A stretch of 64,000 nt of DNA, from positions 352,001 through 416,000 of the forward strand of contig CAWJTV010000019.1 in the NCBI GenBank assembly GCA_963845755.1, written 5' to 3'. Origin of the DNA: an uncultured Planctomycetota bacterium. Its GTDB lineage: Bacteria; Planctomycetota; Planctomycetia; Isosphaerales; Isosphaeraceae. The position numbers were made by a program, and so were the translations under genes. The notes under the pieces were generated by a model. That model had not been told where the DNA came from and made no database searches. It worked only from the letters and a program-made list of their open reading frames with translations. Below are positions 53,637-64,000 of the stretch, piece by piece; the first letter of the stretch is position 1, and each line of letters begins with the position of its first letter.

Positions 53637-55128
53637 TCATTCCCCCTTTGTCGTCCTTCGTTCCGTCCCTTTTGTCGTCCCCTGCCCCTTGTTGTCGGGC
53701 GGGGCACCGGATCGCAGGCCGCGGCCCCGTCTGCGCTCCGGTTCCGGTTCACCCTCGACGACGACCCACTCGTAGATGCCGATGCACATCTCGTCGTTGG
53801 TCCCCTCGCCCCACCTGACGAGCTTGGGAGGTTTGTTCCGGTTGGCCGGATTCGTGTCGGAGTTATCGAAGTGCGCCTCTACCTCGAACCACGAACCCTT
53901 CGGCACGCGGATCGGCTCCTTGAACGCGTAGGTTCCCTGCCAGTTGAAGTTCCAGTGATCGATCTTGATCAGCGGGATACGCCGCTTGCCATCGGGCAGG
54001 ACAGCCGTGAAGGTGAAGTCCTTGCCGAGCCAGTGCATGTGGGGCATCACCGAAGTGATCAGAATATCACGGTCGAGCGGACGGGCCATCAGATTGGAGC
54101 CGGGCCGGGTCGATGCCTTGACTTCATACTGGGGCGCCCCGGCGGGAATGACCATGGCATCCACTTCGCGGAATAACTCAAGGATTCCAATGCGTTTCCC
54201 CGCCTTCTGGGCTTCCTCGACCTTGGCGCGGGCGGCCAGCGCCTGGCGTATCGTCAGGTTGGGAAAGACGAATCCGGTATGGACCTCGCGCGGCAACGGC
54301 TTCCTGGAAAGATAGAGGCCCACGGAGGTGGCGTCGGCCTCGGGCTTACCGGTCTTGTGGTAGTGGACCTGGATCAAGATGTCGGCCCCCTTGGGCAGCA
54401 TGTAGCCGGTGCCGTCGGGACAGTAGCGGGACTTGGCGCCCGGGGTCCAGATCGGCAGGAAGGCGGAGATGGGCACTCCATCGCCGAATCCACCCAGGTC
54501 GTAGTAGCCGGGGCCCGGGTCGGCCGCATCCAGCTCACGACCCCGGCCCGACGGATCCACGCCCGCGATGATATGGTGCACGACCGAGCGATTACCGGGA
54601 TGAAAATCGACCGCGCGAATCCAGCGATCCTCGGGAAAATTCGTCTGGAGCACGAAGACGCGGAAGTCGTCGCTGCCGGTAGTGGCCAGGTGGTAAGGTT
54701 CGGGCATCGTCAGGGTCAGGTCGGGCTCGCCGAGCGCCCAGTCCGAAGAGAACGTCCGGGGCGCAGGGCGCCTCCTTGGGTTCGCCTTCCGGGCACCCGG
54801 CATCGACCCACGACTGCAGGGTGGCGATCTCGTCGTCGGTCAGCACCCGCGCATCGCGGAACGGGCCGCCGAAGCTCGAGGAGGCCGGCCACGGGGGCAT
54901 CACCCGCTCGCCGGTCACGTGCGCCAGGTCGGACCCGCGCTTGCGGGCCTGCTCGTAGGTGAGCAAGGAGAACGGCGCCACCTGATTGGGGCGGTGGCAA
55001 TCCTGGCAGCGCTCTTGAAGGATCCGGACCACGTCCTTGTGGTAAGTCGGGGCCGGTTTCTCGGCCGCCGGCAACGTCGTGCTCGCCGCCACGGCCGCGA
55101 CGCCGCAGAGGAAACTCAATCTCCACAT
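53637..55128 (-). CDS. Heme-c (CxxCH) plus copper type II ascorbate-dependent monooxygenase-like protein (frameshift near 54765)
   Basis: Signal peptide, CQDCH, MPPW, VVHH, QVHYH, PHMH, WNFNWQ, DEMC. Confidence 0.85.
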
Positions 55129-55544
55129 CGAATGGCACGCCAAGACTCTGCTCCTTTAACGGGTTTCTACCGCTGGATATTCGCCCGCAAACCGAACCGA
55201 ATCTCACTACCCTCAGGTCAGATGTCAGGTTTCCGCAGTCCTGGCCATGCATCGGGGGAGGCCAAAGGGGACACCCTACGCCTGTTCGCGCATGGATTGC
55301 CGGACGGGCTACCTCCTTCATGACACCTGGCAGCGGCTATTGTCAAGGGCAGTCGAATTCAGAGCTCTTGTTCGGAGGAATGGGGACAGAGTATGACCTG
55401 AGGTGATGTCCGGCCGGAAGTCCGGGTGTAGGAGGGGGGCTCTGTCCCCCGACCGTCAGCTAGATTTAACTGCTGGCCCAGGCTGAGCCGTGTTGCGCCT
55501 CAGCCCATGCTCTTCGGTGTGATGTCGTCGCGGGGTCATTACCT

Positions 55545-55603
55545 GCTTCGGTGTGATCGACCGAAGCCACCTCGGATCAATCGGATTCGGTGTCGTCGGA
55601 CCG
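55545..55603. repeat. 59-bp multi-palindrome element, copy X
   Basis: GCTTCGGTGTGATCGACCGAAG...CTCGGATCAATCG..TTCGGTGTCGTCGGACCG; direct copy at 58473-58531. Confidence 0.75.
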
Positions 55604-55704
55604 GAGCACGATCGGAGCCAGGCTCTTCCGCTCCGATTCGCCCGGGTTCCGGCATCATCTGGCACAGGCGGGTCGTGTGGGCCTCCGCGTATTGATCCGA
55701 GGGT

Positions 55705-58197
55705 CTAGGGCAAACCCGGCCTCGGTGCGGTCGCGGCCGGGGACACTTGCCATTGGAGGATTCCGGCCGATAGGTTTGGCTGGAGCTTCGCCTCGATGCG
55801 AAGTGCCATCGTCTCGACGGGCTCGAATTCGACCGTATTGGCGGTATCCAACTTGGTCCCGAATTCGTCGCGCGCTCGGACAGGCTCCCATGTGCCGTCG
55901 GGCTTGCGGAAGACCAGCCGCCAACTCCTCGGCGCGGCGCAGTGGCGGCCGAGTCAACTGTCGTCCCACCAGTAGACGCTCGTACCGCCGACCCTGCGCG
56001 GCTGGTCGAAGTCGTACTGTACCCACTCGTCCGTTCCCCTCCGGTCCCACCAGGTGAACCTCCTGCGCGTCCCGTCCGACGAATTCTTTGGTGCGACGCC
56101 GTCGTTCATCGCACCCACGGCGTCGTTGACGAAGCAGTGAGAGGCTGTCGGAGTGGAGAGGGACGCGATCGTCGGGCGCATGGCGCCGGCCGGGGTCGTC
56201 GGCACCCAGACGATCATCTCGGCCGGGCCGCGATTGGCGTTCGCGTAGTAGGGGATCGCCACGACCTCGGTCTCGAACGGCTCTCCACCTCCAATCGGCA
56301 GTCGTTCGGCCGCGGCGCGGACGATCGTCACGCCGCCGAGAAGCTCGGGACGCCATTCGGACGCGATCGATGCGCGTTCCGGGAGCCATACGTCTCGCAC
56401 TCGGCCTCGATTGTCAGGGGACTCGAGGCAATACACGATCGGCCCACGCATGAGGGCGGCACGACCGCGGTCGCTTTCGACGCGGTCGTCGGCGCGCACG
56501 AGCTGCGACGGCATCGCCATGTGGATGAGGACCAGGTCCCCCGCACGCCACTGACGGCGGAGCTCCGCATATCCTCGGACGATCGTCGGCGAGGCGACGG
56601 GCTGGCCGTTGATGGAGATGCGGAACGCGTCTGGCCCGGCCATGGCCGTGGCGTAAAGGCCGCCGTTCATCACGCCGCCTCGACACCAGGCTGGGACTCG
56701 AATGCGGACGTCGAACGTGGCGGGCCGTTCGGGATCGACGGCCAACCGAACGTCGCCATCCCACGGGTAATTCGTCCGCTGGGTGAGGGAGAGCCGCTTC
56801 CCGGTCTCGCCTTGCCAGTTGATCTGCCGCGCGACCCAATGAAGAGGTTGACGTAAAGGCCGGCGGCGTCCGTCGCGTAGACGTACCGGGGCAGCGCCCC
56901 CATGAGCTTCAAGAACATTGGCGGGCAGCATGGGCAGGCGTGCCAGGACCATCGCGCGCGGTCCTTGCGGGCGTCCAGTGGGTTTTCGTAGAAGTAAGCA
57001 TTGCCTTTCAACGAGCCGCCAGCGAGCGCACCGTTGTAGAGCGAGCGTTCCAACTCGTCGAACTTCGCGGCGTCGGCCGTGGCGAGGAACAGGTTGTAGT
57101 CGAGGAATCCGCACGCGACGGCGGCGCAGGTTTCGAGGTAACCGTCGTTCGGCAGGACGAAGTCGCCACCGAACTTCTCGTCTCGCGCGATCGCTCCGAC
57201 GCCGCCGGTGATGTAAAGGCGGCGCGTGATCATGTTACGCCAGAGGCGCTCGGCCGCGTTCAACGTACTGCGGCTGCTCGCCCGCGACACCGAACGCCGC
57301 GACGCCTGCCGCGAGAAGCGTCGCTCGCACGGCGTGCCCTTCGATGGTCGCTTGCTGAAGCACTGGCAGGTGGTCCTGACCGTATTCGCCGAAGTTCTGT
57401 CGGCCCTCATGGTGGCCTCGAGCATCGATCCAGAAGTGGGCGAGGTCGAGGTAGTCCCTCTCGTTGACCCGTACGCCCAGGTCTCTCTTGAGCTCAGGAT
57501 GCTCCCGGAACAGCTCGTAAAGTCGGACGAATGATTCCTCACTCAGCGCGTGCCCGGGGATGATGTTTTTCCGCGGCGGAGGCCCCATCACCGCCACCAT
57601 GCCGTTCGCCGCCCGGACGGCCGTGGCGAGCAACTTCGTCTTGCCCGTGGAGCGGTAGTAGTGGATACCGGCCTCGACAAGGCAGCCGATGTTGTACAGG
57701 TCGTGCTGCTCGCGGTCGTTTCCTCCATTCTGGCCCCAGCGGTGGCCGGGTTCGCGCAGTTGCGTATAGGTATTGATGTAGCCGTCGGGGTCACGCGCCG
57801 CCGCTGCGCTAATCCTGTCGATGTAGCCGTCGATCCGCGCCTCGAGCGAGGGGTCGGGCTCTTGCGCCATCAGGTCGACCGCGCCACGAATGAGCTCGTA
57901 GATCAGCCCGTCGTACCACGGCGGGCCGCCGTGCGGGGCGTCGAGTTCATCGCGGGCGACGTGGTCGAAATTCCTAAAGGCGCCATCCCTCTCGAACTTG
58001 TCCAGACAGTCTTTGATCGTCACCGCCCGCCAGGTCTTCAACTTCGGAGACCAGAACGCGTCGTCGATCGTCACGCGGTTCGCCGTGACAGGAACGGGCC
58101 GTACCGCCGAGGCATCGGACGCGAATGACGACGTCACGGCCGCGGAGCACACGAGAAGGGCGGACAGCGGACACCTGACGCGGTCAGCGAACCTCAT
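55705..58197 (-). CDS. GH127-like (beta-L-arabinofuranosidase-type) glycoside hydrolase with C-terminal beta-sandwich (multiple frameshifts)
   Basis: IDDAFWSP, DGYINTY, HDLYNIG, GHAVRA, YITGGVG, YLETCAAV, CPCCPP, YPWDG, RGPIVYCLE, IPYYA; final frame ends GILQWQV...LP-stop. Confidence 0.85.
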
Positions 58198-58472
58198 CAC
58201 TCTTTTCCCAGGACTCGCGGAGTCCATCGAGAAGCATCCCGCCGGACGGCGAGGCTCCGAACGGCGGCTCCCTCGCGTTCCCACGCTGGCCGCGTTTGCA
58301 GATGCCACGTCAAGTTCCGGGAGCCTTACGCCTAGAAAACATCAACGAAGCTTAACGGATGCTCCTGGAAAAAGAAAGGACGTCGAAACCGCCCGCCGAA
58401 GTGGTCTGGCGACTCTCCATTCCCGCCGAAGGGATGGAACAATCGGTCGAGATTCCGAGGATCTCGGAAAGC

Positions 58473-58531
58473 GCTCCGGTCGGATCGACCGAAGTAAACT
58501 CGGCTCAATCGACTTCGGTGTCGTCGGACCG
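58473..58531. repeat. 59-bp multi-palindrome element, copy Y
   Basis: GCTCCGGTCGGATCGACCGAAG...CTCGGCTCAATCG..TTCGGTGTCGTCGGACCG. Confidence 0.75.
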
Positions 58532-58632
58532 ACGACCGCGCAAGACCACACCGCAAGGGGCAGCTTGCGACCCGTGTTCGACCGCGCCGGCTGCCCCGAT
58601 TGTCTTGCTGGGTCTGCCTCTATCCCATAGAG

Positions 58633-58974
58633 TCATTCCCGACCGTGACGGGCGGCTGATGGTCCGCGTGCAGGGTTGAACCCACTCGTCCGCCCCACCC
58701 TATTCGCGACCTGCTTTCTGCCCGTGTGACGCGGACTCCGCGTGTGCGTGAACGAAGGTGGCGGGTTCACATACGCCAGGGTATTCGGCAGGTCGGGCTC
58801 GTTGCCGTGCGCCGGGGCGACCGCGATCTGGGGGGCCATGGACCACGAGATCGCAGCGGCCGAGCTCAGCAGCGAACGGACTTCGAGTACCGCGACCGCG
58901 TCGTCCGCCAGTGGGAAAGTGCGACGGGGACAGCAACGGCGCCGAACGCGGTTCGAGCGTGGCGGGAATCACAT
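58633..58974 (-). pseudogene. N-terminal remnant of a LExRxLLS-leader secreted protein
   Basis: AAGGAG, ATG, then TGA at codon 2, then FPPRSNRVRRR...VLEVRSLLSS in frame. Confidence 0.55.
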
Positions 58975-59014
58975 GTGATGCTCCTTGATCAAAGCAATCG
59001 TGCCGCTTCGAGCC

Positions 59015-59977
59015 TCAGCGACGGCCACCCGACACCGGGCCCCGAGCGAGAGAGGTGGCCGCGAACACGAGACCGAGCCCGCCGGCCAACAAGATGACGG
59101 AGGCCGGCTCCGGCACGGCAGTGGCGGTGAAACCGTGGACCACACCGTCGGCAGCGATGTAGGTCCCTACGATCTCGCCCTGCACGTTGATCCCGTAGGC
59201 CTCTGTCCACGTCGCTCCAGGGGGGTCGAGCGTTGTGTACCTACCGTCGCTATACAGGAAGCCATGGTCATTGCCCGCGGCGTCAACATAGTCGCCCACG
59301 ATCTGCCCGAACTGGTTAATACCTCTGGCATAGGTGGAGACGGAATCCGAGAAGGAGATCGTGGTGTACGTGCCACCGCTCAGCAAGAATCCACGTCCTC
59401 CATCTTTCGAGTCGTAAAAGCCCACGATGTCACCCTTCTCGTTGATACCGCCGACGCTGGTGCCACCTCCGACTACGGTGGAAGGGTCGTCGATCCGGTA
59501 GTATGTCGAGCCGTTCAGCAGGAAGCCGTGCTTATTTCCATTGCTGTCCTGATAGGTACCGGTGATCTGACCGAGGGAGTTGATCCCGGAGGCCCATGTC
59601 GCCTGCGTTCCTCCGGGGACGACGAGGTTGGTGGTCGTGCCGTCAACCACGTTGAAGCTGCCCTGGTTGCCGAGGAAGGGCAAGGCGTAGAACCCGATGA
59701 TCGAGCCGGCGTTGTTGATGCCCGTGACAGTCACACTCAAGAAGGGTCCATTCTCGATCGGGGTGTAGACCCCGTTGCTCAAGACGAATCCGTACTGGCC
59801 CCCGCCCGCAGTGGTATTGTAGCTTCCCACGATGTCGCCCTTGTCGTTGATCCCGTAGGCCCAGGTGGCATATGAGTTGGGCGCGGTCAGCGTGGTATAG
59901 CTGTAATCTGCCTGAACGCGGGCCTCCAGGGACAGCGCCACGTAGAGAGTCATCAACACGGCTTGGATGCAACGCAT
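59015..59977 (-). CDS. PEP-CTERM protein with HAF-like extracellular repeats
   Basis: Signal peptide, repeated AxGINxxGxIVG...HGF, C-terminal VPEPASVILLAGGLGLV. Confidence 0.88.
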   Translation of the reverse strand: MRCIQAVLMTLYVALSLEARVQADYSYTTLTAPNSYATWAYGINDKGDIVGSYNTTAGGGQYGFVLSNGVYTPIENGPFLSVTVTGINNAGSIIGFYALPFLGNQGSFNVVDGTTTNLVVPGGTQATWASGINSLGQITGTYQDSNGNKHGFLLNGSTYYRIDDPSTVVGGGTSVGGINEKGDIVGFYDSKDGGRGFLLSGGTYTTISFSDSVSTYARGINQFGQIVGDYVDAAGNDHGFLYSDGRYTTLDPPGATWTEAYGINVQGEIVGTYIAADGVVHGFTATAVPEPASVILLAGGLGLVFAATSLARGPVSGGRR

Positions 59978-60568
59978 AGATCTCGCCCTCCTCAGGTCCA
60001 CGAAGCGATTTCCCAGCCAGCGGCAGACTGGCCAATTTGCCTAGGTGTTATATGCGCACGAATCGATAGAACCAGCGCAGATATCGCTAATTATTCAGAG
60101 AATAAAGCGAGGGACTCGCCTGGTGTGAACTCACAACCAATGCTGTACCAAGAGGTTCTGTCAAGACTGTGGAAGGGAAGAAGGCTGACACGGCACGCCT
60201 GTTCGGCAGGAGAGTTGCGCCCGCGGCTCTGCCGGCCAACGTGACTGCCATCGTGGTAGAGACGATGCATGGCGAAGTCGTCCGACTGCCCCGGCCCGGG
60301 ACATCCGCTCCGGGGGCATAAAGTACCTCGATGAGCTCCTGCCGCTGTTCGACCGCCTCCCGGGCGTCGGCTGTCAGCGCGATCGGGCCGGGAACCGCGA
60401 GCCTCGCTTCCGTCGCAAGGACGGCACCAGAAGCCATGTCCGGCCAGGGCGATTCAAGGCGTTCCCTGGGTGCGATGACGACCATCTCGTCATGGTACGC
60501 CGGTACGTCGAGCGCGACGTGCGATTGGGGAAGGCGCAGCCGCTCCTAGTGAAGGAGCGTTGCGCGAG

Positions 60569-60588
60569 TCGGTGTGATCGACCGAAGC
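60569..60588. repeat. Partial third copy (Z) of the palindrome element
   Basis: TCGGTGTGATCGACCGAAGC, identical to the first palindrome of copy X. Confidence 0.7.
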
Positions 60589-60687
60589 ATAGGTGGGTGA
60601 GCTGATACTCTGATCGTCACCGGTCATTTCGGCGACACTCGCTGTGCCCCTGCCGCCGGCGAATGGATGTCGTGACTTCGCTCACCG

Positions 60688-61524
60688 TCAAGGCGACCTT
60701 GCACGTCTTACCGACCTGGCCCGATACACCTCGTACAGGAGCAGGCTTCCCGCTACGGCGAGATTCAGCGAGTCGGCGACACCGACCATCGGAATGCGAA
60801 CGAGGTCCGTGCAAAGGTCACGCTGCAGCGGCGTGAGCCCCCGGCGCTCCTCGCCGAGGACGAGGATCGTCGGGCGGGGATACTCGAAGCGGTGGAGATC
60901 GGCCGACCCGTCGGGCGAAACGCCGATGACGCGACAACGGTGGCGGCGCACCCAGTTCCGGAGGCTGCGATCGTTCGTCCGGATGAGTGTCTGCCGGAAC
61001 AGCGCCCCCATCGAGGCGCGGACGACCGCGGGGGCGAAGGGATCGATCCTTGGCCCCACCAGGATGAAGCCGGCGCCTCCGATGGCCTCCGAGGTTCGGA
61101 TCAGGCTGCCGAGGTTCCCCTCGGAGCGGACCGCCTCGAGCACGACCCAGCAGAGCCCCGCCCGCGGCGAGGCGCCGTGCAACGGCGACCACCGCTGGGC
61201 GACGACGGCGCCCACGCCGGAGGCGCGAGGCGTCGTGGAGACCTGGCGGAAGGCCTCGGGAGAGACGTGGAACGTCGGGGTACCCGACCGGCATCGGTCG
61301 CGGACTAGCCTGCGGGCGATGGGTACGATGAGGAGCTTCTCGCTGTAGACGAGCGTCTCGATGTGGAAGCCGCTCTCGATGGCATGGACGACGTTCCTCA
61401 CGCCCTCGACGAAGAACGTCCGGTGTACATCCCGGTGCGCGCGATCCGCCTGGAGGCGTCTGATCGCATCGAGCGTGGACCGGGCATCGGGCGAGTTCCG
61501 ATCGGGGTGGATTTCATGCGGCAT
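60688..61524 (-). CDS. TrmH/SpoU-family RNA methyltransferase
   Basis: FFVEGVR, GNLGSLIRT, VRASMGALF, LGEERRGL, IPMVGVADSLNLAVAG. Confidence 0.9.
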   Translation of the reverse strand: MPHEIHPDRNSPDARSTLDAIRRLQADRAHRDVHRTFFVEGVRNVVHAIESGFHIETLVYSEKLLIVPIARRLVRDRCRSGTPTFHVSPEAFRQVSTTPRASGVGAVVAQRWSPLHGASPRAGLCWVVLEAVRSEGNLGSLIRTSEAIGGAGFILVGPRIDPFAPAVVRASMGALFRQTLIRTNDRSLRNWVRRHRCRVIGVSPDGSADLHRFEYPRPTILVLGEERRGLTPLQRDLCTDLVRIPMVGVADSLNLAVAGSLLLYEVYRARSVRRARSP

Positions 61525-62053
61525 TCTCCTTTCGGGGAGCCTGGGGCTCGGTACGAGGAAGAAAGGGCGGGCCACGCCCGCGCCCGCTCACGAGCGGCCG
61601 CGATCCGAAGTGCGGGACCGCATCGATAGGATAACGTGTAGGAGCGGGATGTGCCCAGAGCGGCGCGGTGGCCTCCGCGGCGTCCCGGTGCACCGTTCGA
61701 GACGTGATCGGCAGCCGTGATGGGCGAATTCCCGGGCCTGCATTCATCGACGAGAGCGCCGGGGTTGCTCTCCGCTGCCGTTTTCGAGGCTCGTCGGCAT
61801 CTCAGCGGCCCCGGCGCCACCGCTCCGTGCCTGAACTTCTTCTCTCCGGCATCCAGAGTTGGAACGCCGGGTTGCGGCGAATTCTCTCCGGGCATTCAGG
61901 ATGACGTGGTTCAATCATATCCATTTGCAACAACCTCATTTCCGAACAGACATCGGCCCCTCGACTGGTGCACTGACACATCCTCTTCGCGGTGAGTCCT
62001 GCGGGCATACTCGATGGACCCGGGCGTCCAAGACGGCGAGGCCCTCTTCGGAC

Positions 62054-62083
62054 TTGACACGTAAGTGCTTCCTTGCGCATATT
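62054..62083 (+). promoter_or_regulatory. Sigma70-like promoter with palindromic operator in the spacer
   Basis: TTGACA-CGTAAGtgcttcCTTGCG-CATATT, 6 nt before the ArsR ATG (possibly leaderless). Confidence 0.6.
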
Positions 62084-62089
62084 GACAGC

Positions 62090-62423
62090 ATGCTGGTGTC
62101 TCCCGATCGCGAGCCGGATGTCTTTGGGGCAATTCGCCATCCCGCGCGTCGCCGGATGCTGGATCTTCTCGTCGAGGCCGACCGCTCCGTTAACACGATT
62201 GCGGGACATTTCCAGATGAGCCGCCCAGTCGTTTTCCAGCACCTCCGCATTCTGCTCGATGCCGGTCTCATGACCGAGCAGCGGCATGGCAGAGAGCGCC
62301 GCTATCGCCTCATTCCCGCGCGGCTCGGTCCGGTGCGGGACCGGATCGGCGCGCGACGAGCGGTTCTGGGATGACCACCTCCAGCGGCTTCAGGAGCATC
62401 TCACGAAAGGGAGCGAAAAATGA
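62090..62423 (+). CDS. ArsR/SmtB-family regulator (frameshift near 62350)
   Basis: VFGAIRHPARRRMLDLL, MSRPVVFQHLRILLDAGL, GRERRYRL. Confidence 0.85.
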
Positions 62424-62840
62424 CTAAAAATATCCGAAGCGCCAAGAGCACCACCAAGAAGGCCGTGGAGAAGAAGGCGGCCGCGCGACCCGGCCCGCGC
62501 GGACGAGGCGGAGGGGGAAAGCCGCCGTGCTCGCGAAGATCTCCGAGATGCCGGAACCGGATCGCGCCCTAGGCGAGCGGCTCCATGCGATCATCAAAGC
62601 CAGCGCGCGGACCTCTCGCCGAGGCTCTGGTACGGGATGCCCGCGTATGCCAAGGACGGCAAGGTCCTCTGCTTCTTCCAAAGCGCGCAGAAGTTCAAAA
62701 CGCGGTACGCGACGTTCGGCTTCATGCACCAGGCGAACCTCGACGAAGGCGCCATGTGGCCGACCGCCTTCGCGCTGAAGGAGTTGACTGCTACCGAAGA
62801 GGCAAGGATCGGCGCGCTCGTGAAGAAAGCGGTGAGCTGA
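62420..62840 (+). CDS. DUF1801 (YdhG-like) protein (frameshifts)
   Basis: [60 protein letters not shown] overlap with ArsR. Confidence 0.8.
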
Positions 62841-63068
62841 GGACTGAGTGACCCGATGGCGACGGAACGCGCGCGTCTTCTTCGAGCATTCCGGCTTTGA
62901 CGTCCCCCAGCCCTGGGGCAAACAGGCGCTCTTGCGAGGAAGCAGGCTTTACTGCCTCCCGAACTGTTCGACAGGATTTGAACCTCGTATAGTCCAGTAG
63001 TGAATGTCTGGCTCATGGGCCGAATTCGTGAGCGGTGGCGCTGAACGGGCGGCAGGCGTTGCTCAGGT

Positions 63069-64000
63069 TCATGGGGTGTTGCCCGCAGGTCGCCGACGTA
63101 TCGTGAGTCGGTTTTCCGCGACGATCGCGACGAAGGTCAGGACGACGAGGCCCGCGAGTAGCCAGAGGGCGTGAGAGGCTGCACTTTCGACGACGGGAAC
63201 GATGGGGTTGGCCCAGCCGAAGGTCCGCTCAGCGAGCCATGCGGCGGCGGCGATGCCGGTGAGGGCGGCCCCGGTGATACGGAACGGCCCGTAGACTCGC
63301 GATGGTGCCAGCAGCACGAGCCAGGGCATGGCCGCAAGGATGACCAGGAGTTGGACGGCTTCGATCCCGAGGTTAAAGCCCAGCACGCTCGAAATCATCG
63401 TCAACGGGTCCAATCCGAATCCGGCCAGCGTCGACGCGAACGCCAGGCCGTGCACCAGCCCGAAGCCGCCGGCGATCAAGACTTCCCGGCCCCGGAAGAC
63501 CGGGAGCAGGGCGTGGACGGCTGAGACCAGGATCGACAGGGCAATGGCCGACTCGACGAGGGCGCCGGGCAGGCGCACCCAACCGAGCGCCTCCGAACAC
63601 GAGTGTGATCGAGTGGCCCAGGGTGAACGCGGTCACGACTTTGACGATTCGCCGGAAGGCCGTTTTCCATCCGGCATAGCCACCCCATCTCCCGTTCGTA
63701 GCGACCAGCGGCGCGGGGAGGATCAGGGCGAGCAAGAACAGGAGGTGATCGGTCCCCTCAGCGATATGGCGCGCACCGAGGCGAAACATGGCGGCGAATC
63801 CCTGAAACCAGCTACCCCCTGAGCGGTCGATGGCGAGCTCGGTATCTGGTGTCGCGCATCGTTCCCAGGATTACCGGCTCCTCGCCCAACACGCCAGTGC
63901 GCCAGTCTCTGGCCAGGGTGACCACCGCCGTGTGCGTGATCAGATGGTGGAAGATCACATCGTAGTGGAATGTCAGCCGGTCTACGGGCGCGCCGGATGG
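63069..64000 (-). CDS. HupE/UreJ-family membrane protein (5' end outside the window, frameshift near 63590)
   Basis: GARHIAEGTDHLLFLLAL, VTAFTLGHSITL, VESAIALSI, FGLVHGLAFA, GFNLGIEAVQL. Confidence 0.88.

Noticed and set aside
55200..55450. Possible riboswitch upstream of the monooxygenase-like gene (GGGGACAGAG/CTCTGTCCCC stem)
   Set aside because: No match to riboswitch consensus motifs I know, and only a single copy
58640..58700. tRNA-3'-end-like GGGTTGAACCC...CCCCA
   Set aside because: Non-canonical T loop and no cloverleaf
60087..60540. ORF remnant vaguely like a TnsB/Mu transposase N-terminus
   Set aside because: Similarity is too weak to call without a profile search, and no DDE motif is visible
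62955..62990. tRNA T-arm-like sequence (reverse complement AGGTTCAAATCCTGTC)
   Set aside because: No acceptor, D or anticodon stems can be built. At most an att-like or element-end remnant.

Overview
GC-rich bacterial DNA, very probably from a planctomycete (Isosphaeraceae-like). Markers are LExRxLLS secretion leaders, planctomycete-type ECF sigma/Ser-Thr kinase pairs, a FlgI-HEAT protein and a CRTAC1/ASPIC protein. Many genes carry single-base frameshifts, so assembly indels are likely and pseudogene calls are cautious. Left to right: a tandem-FHA gene; an Rpn-like gene followed by two tandem copies of its own C-terminal cassette; HigBA and MazF-type toxin-antitoxin pairs among three zinc-finger anti-sigma (ZAS)-kinase paralogs downstream of an ECF sigma; a plus-strand block (FlgI-like, HTH response regulator, CRTAC1) bounded by 27-bp inverted repeats; a tldD/tldE pair; three secreted proteins, with an IS inserted in a REP palindrome and a duplicated structured leader; an ECF/WD40-TPR kinase pair; an Rrf2 regulator; a tightly coupled operon (PIG-L protein, small membrane protein, SSS transporter, half-size BshC-like protein, bshB, bshA); and a mosaic right end (Cu-monooxygenase-like, GH127, PEP-CTERM, TrmH, ArsR, DUF1801, HupE/UreJ). 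The best candidates for novel systems are the Rpn cassette array and the mini-BshC bacillithiol-like operon. No tRNA, rRNA or CRISPR array was found. Family assignments come from motif recognition by eye, not database searches.
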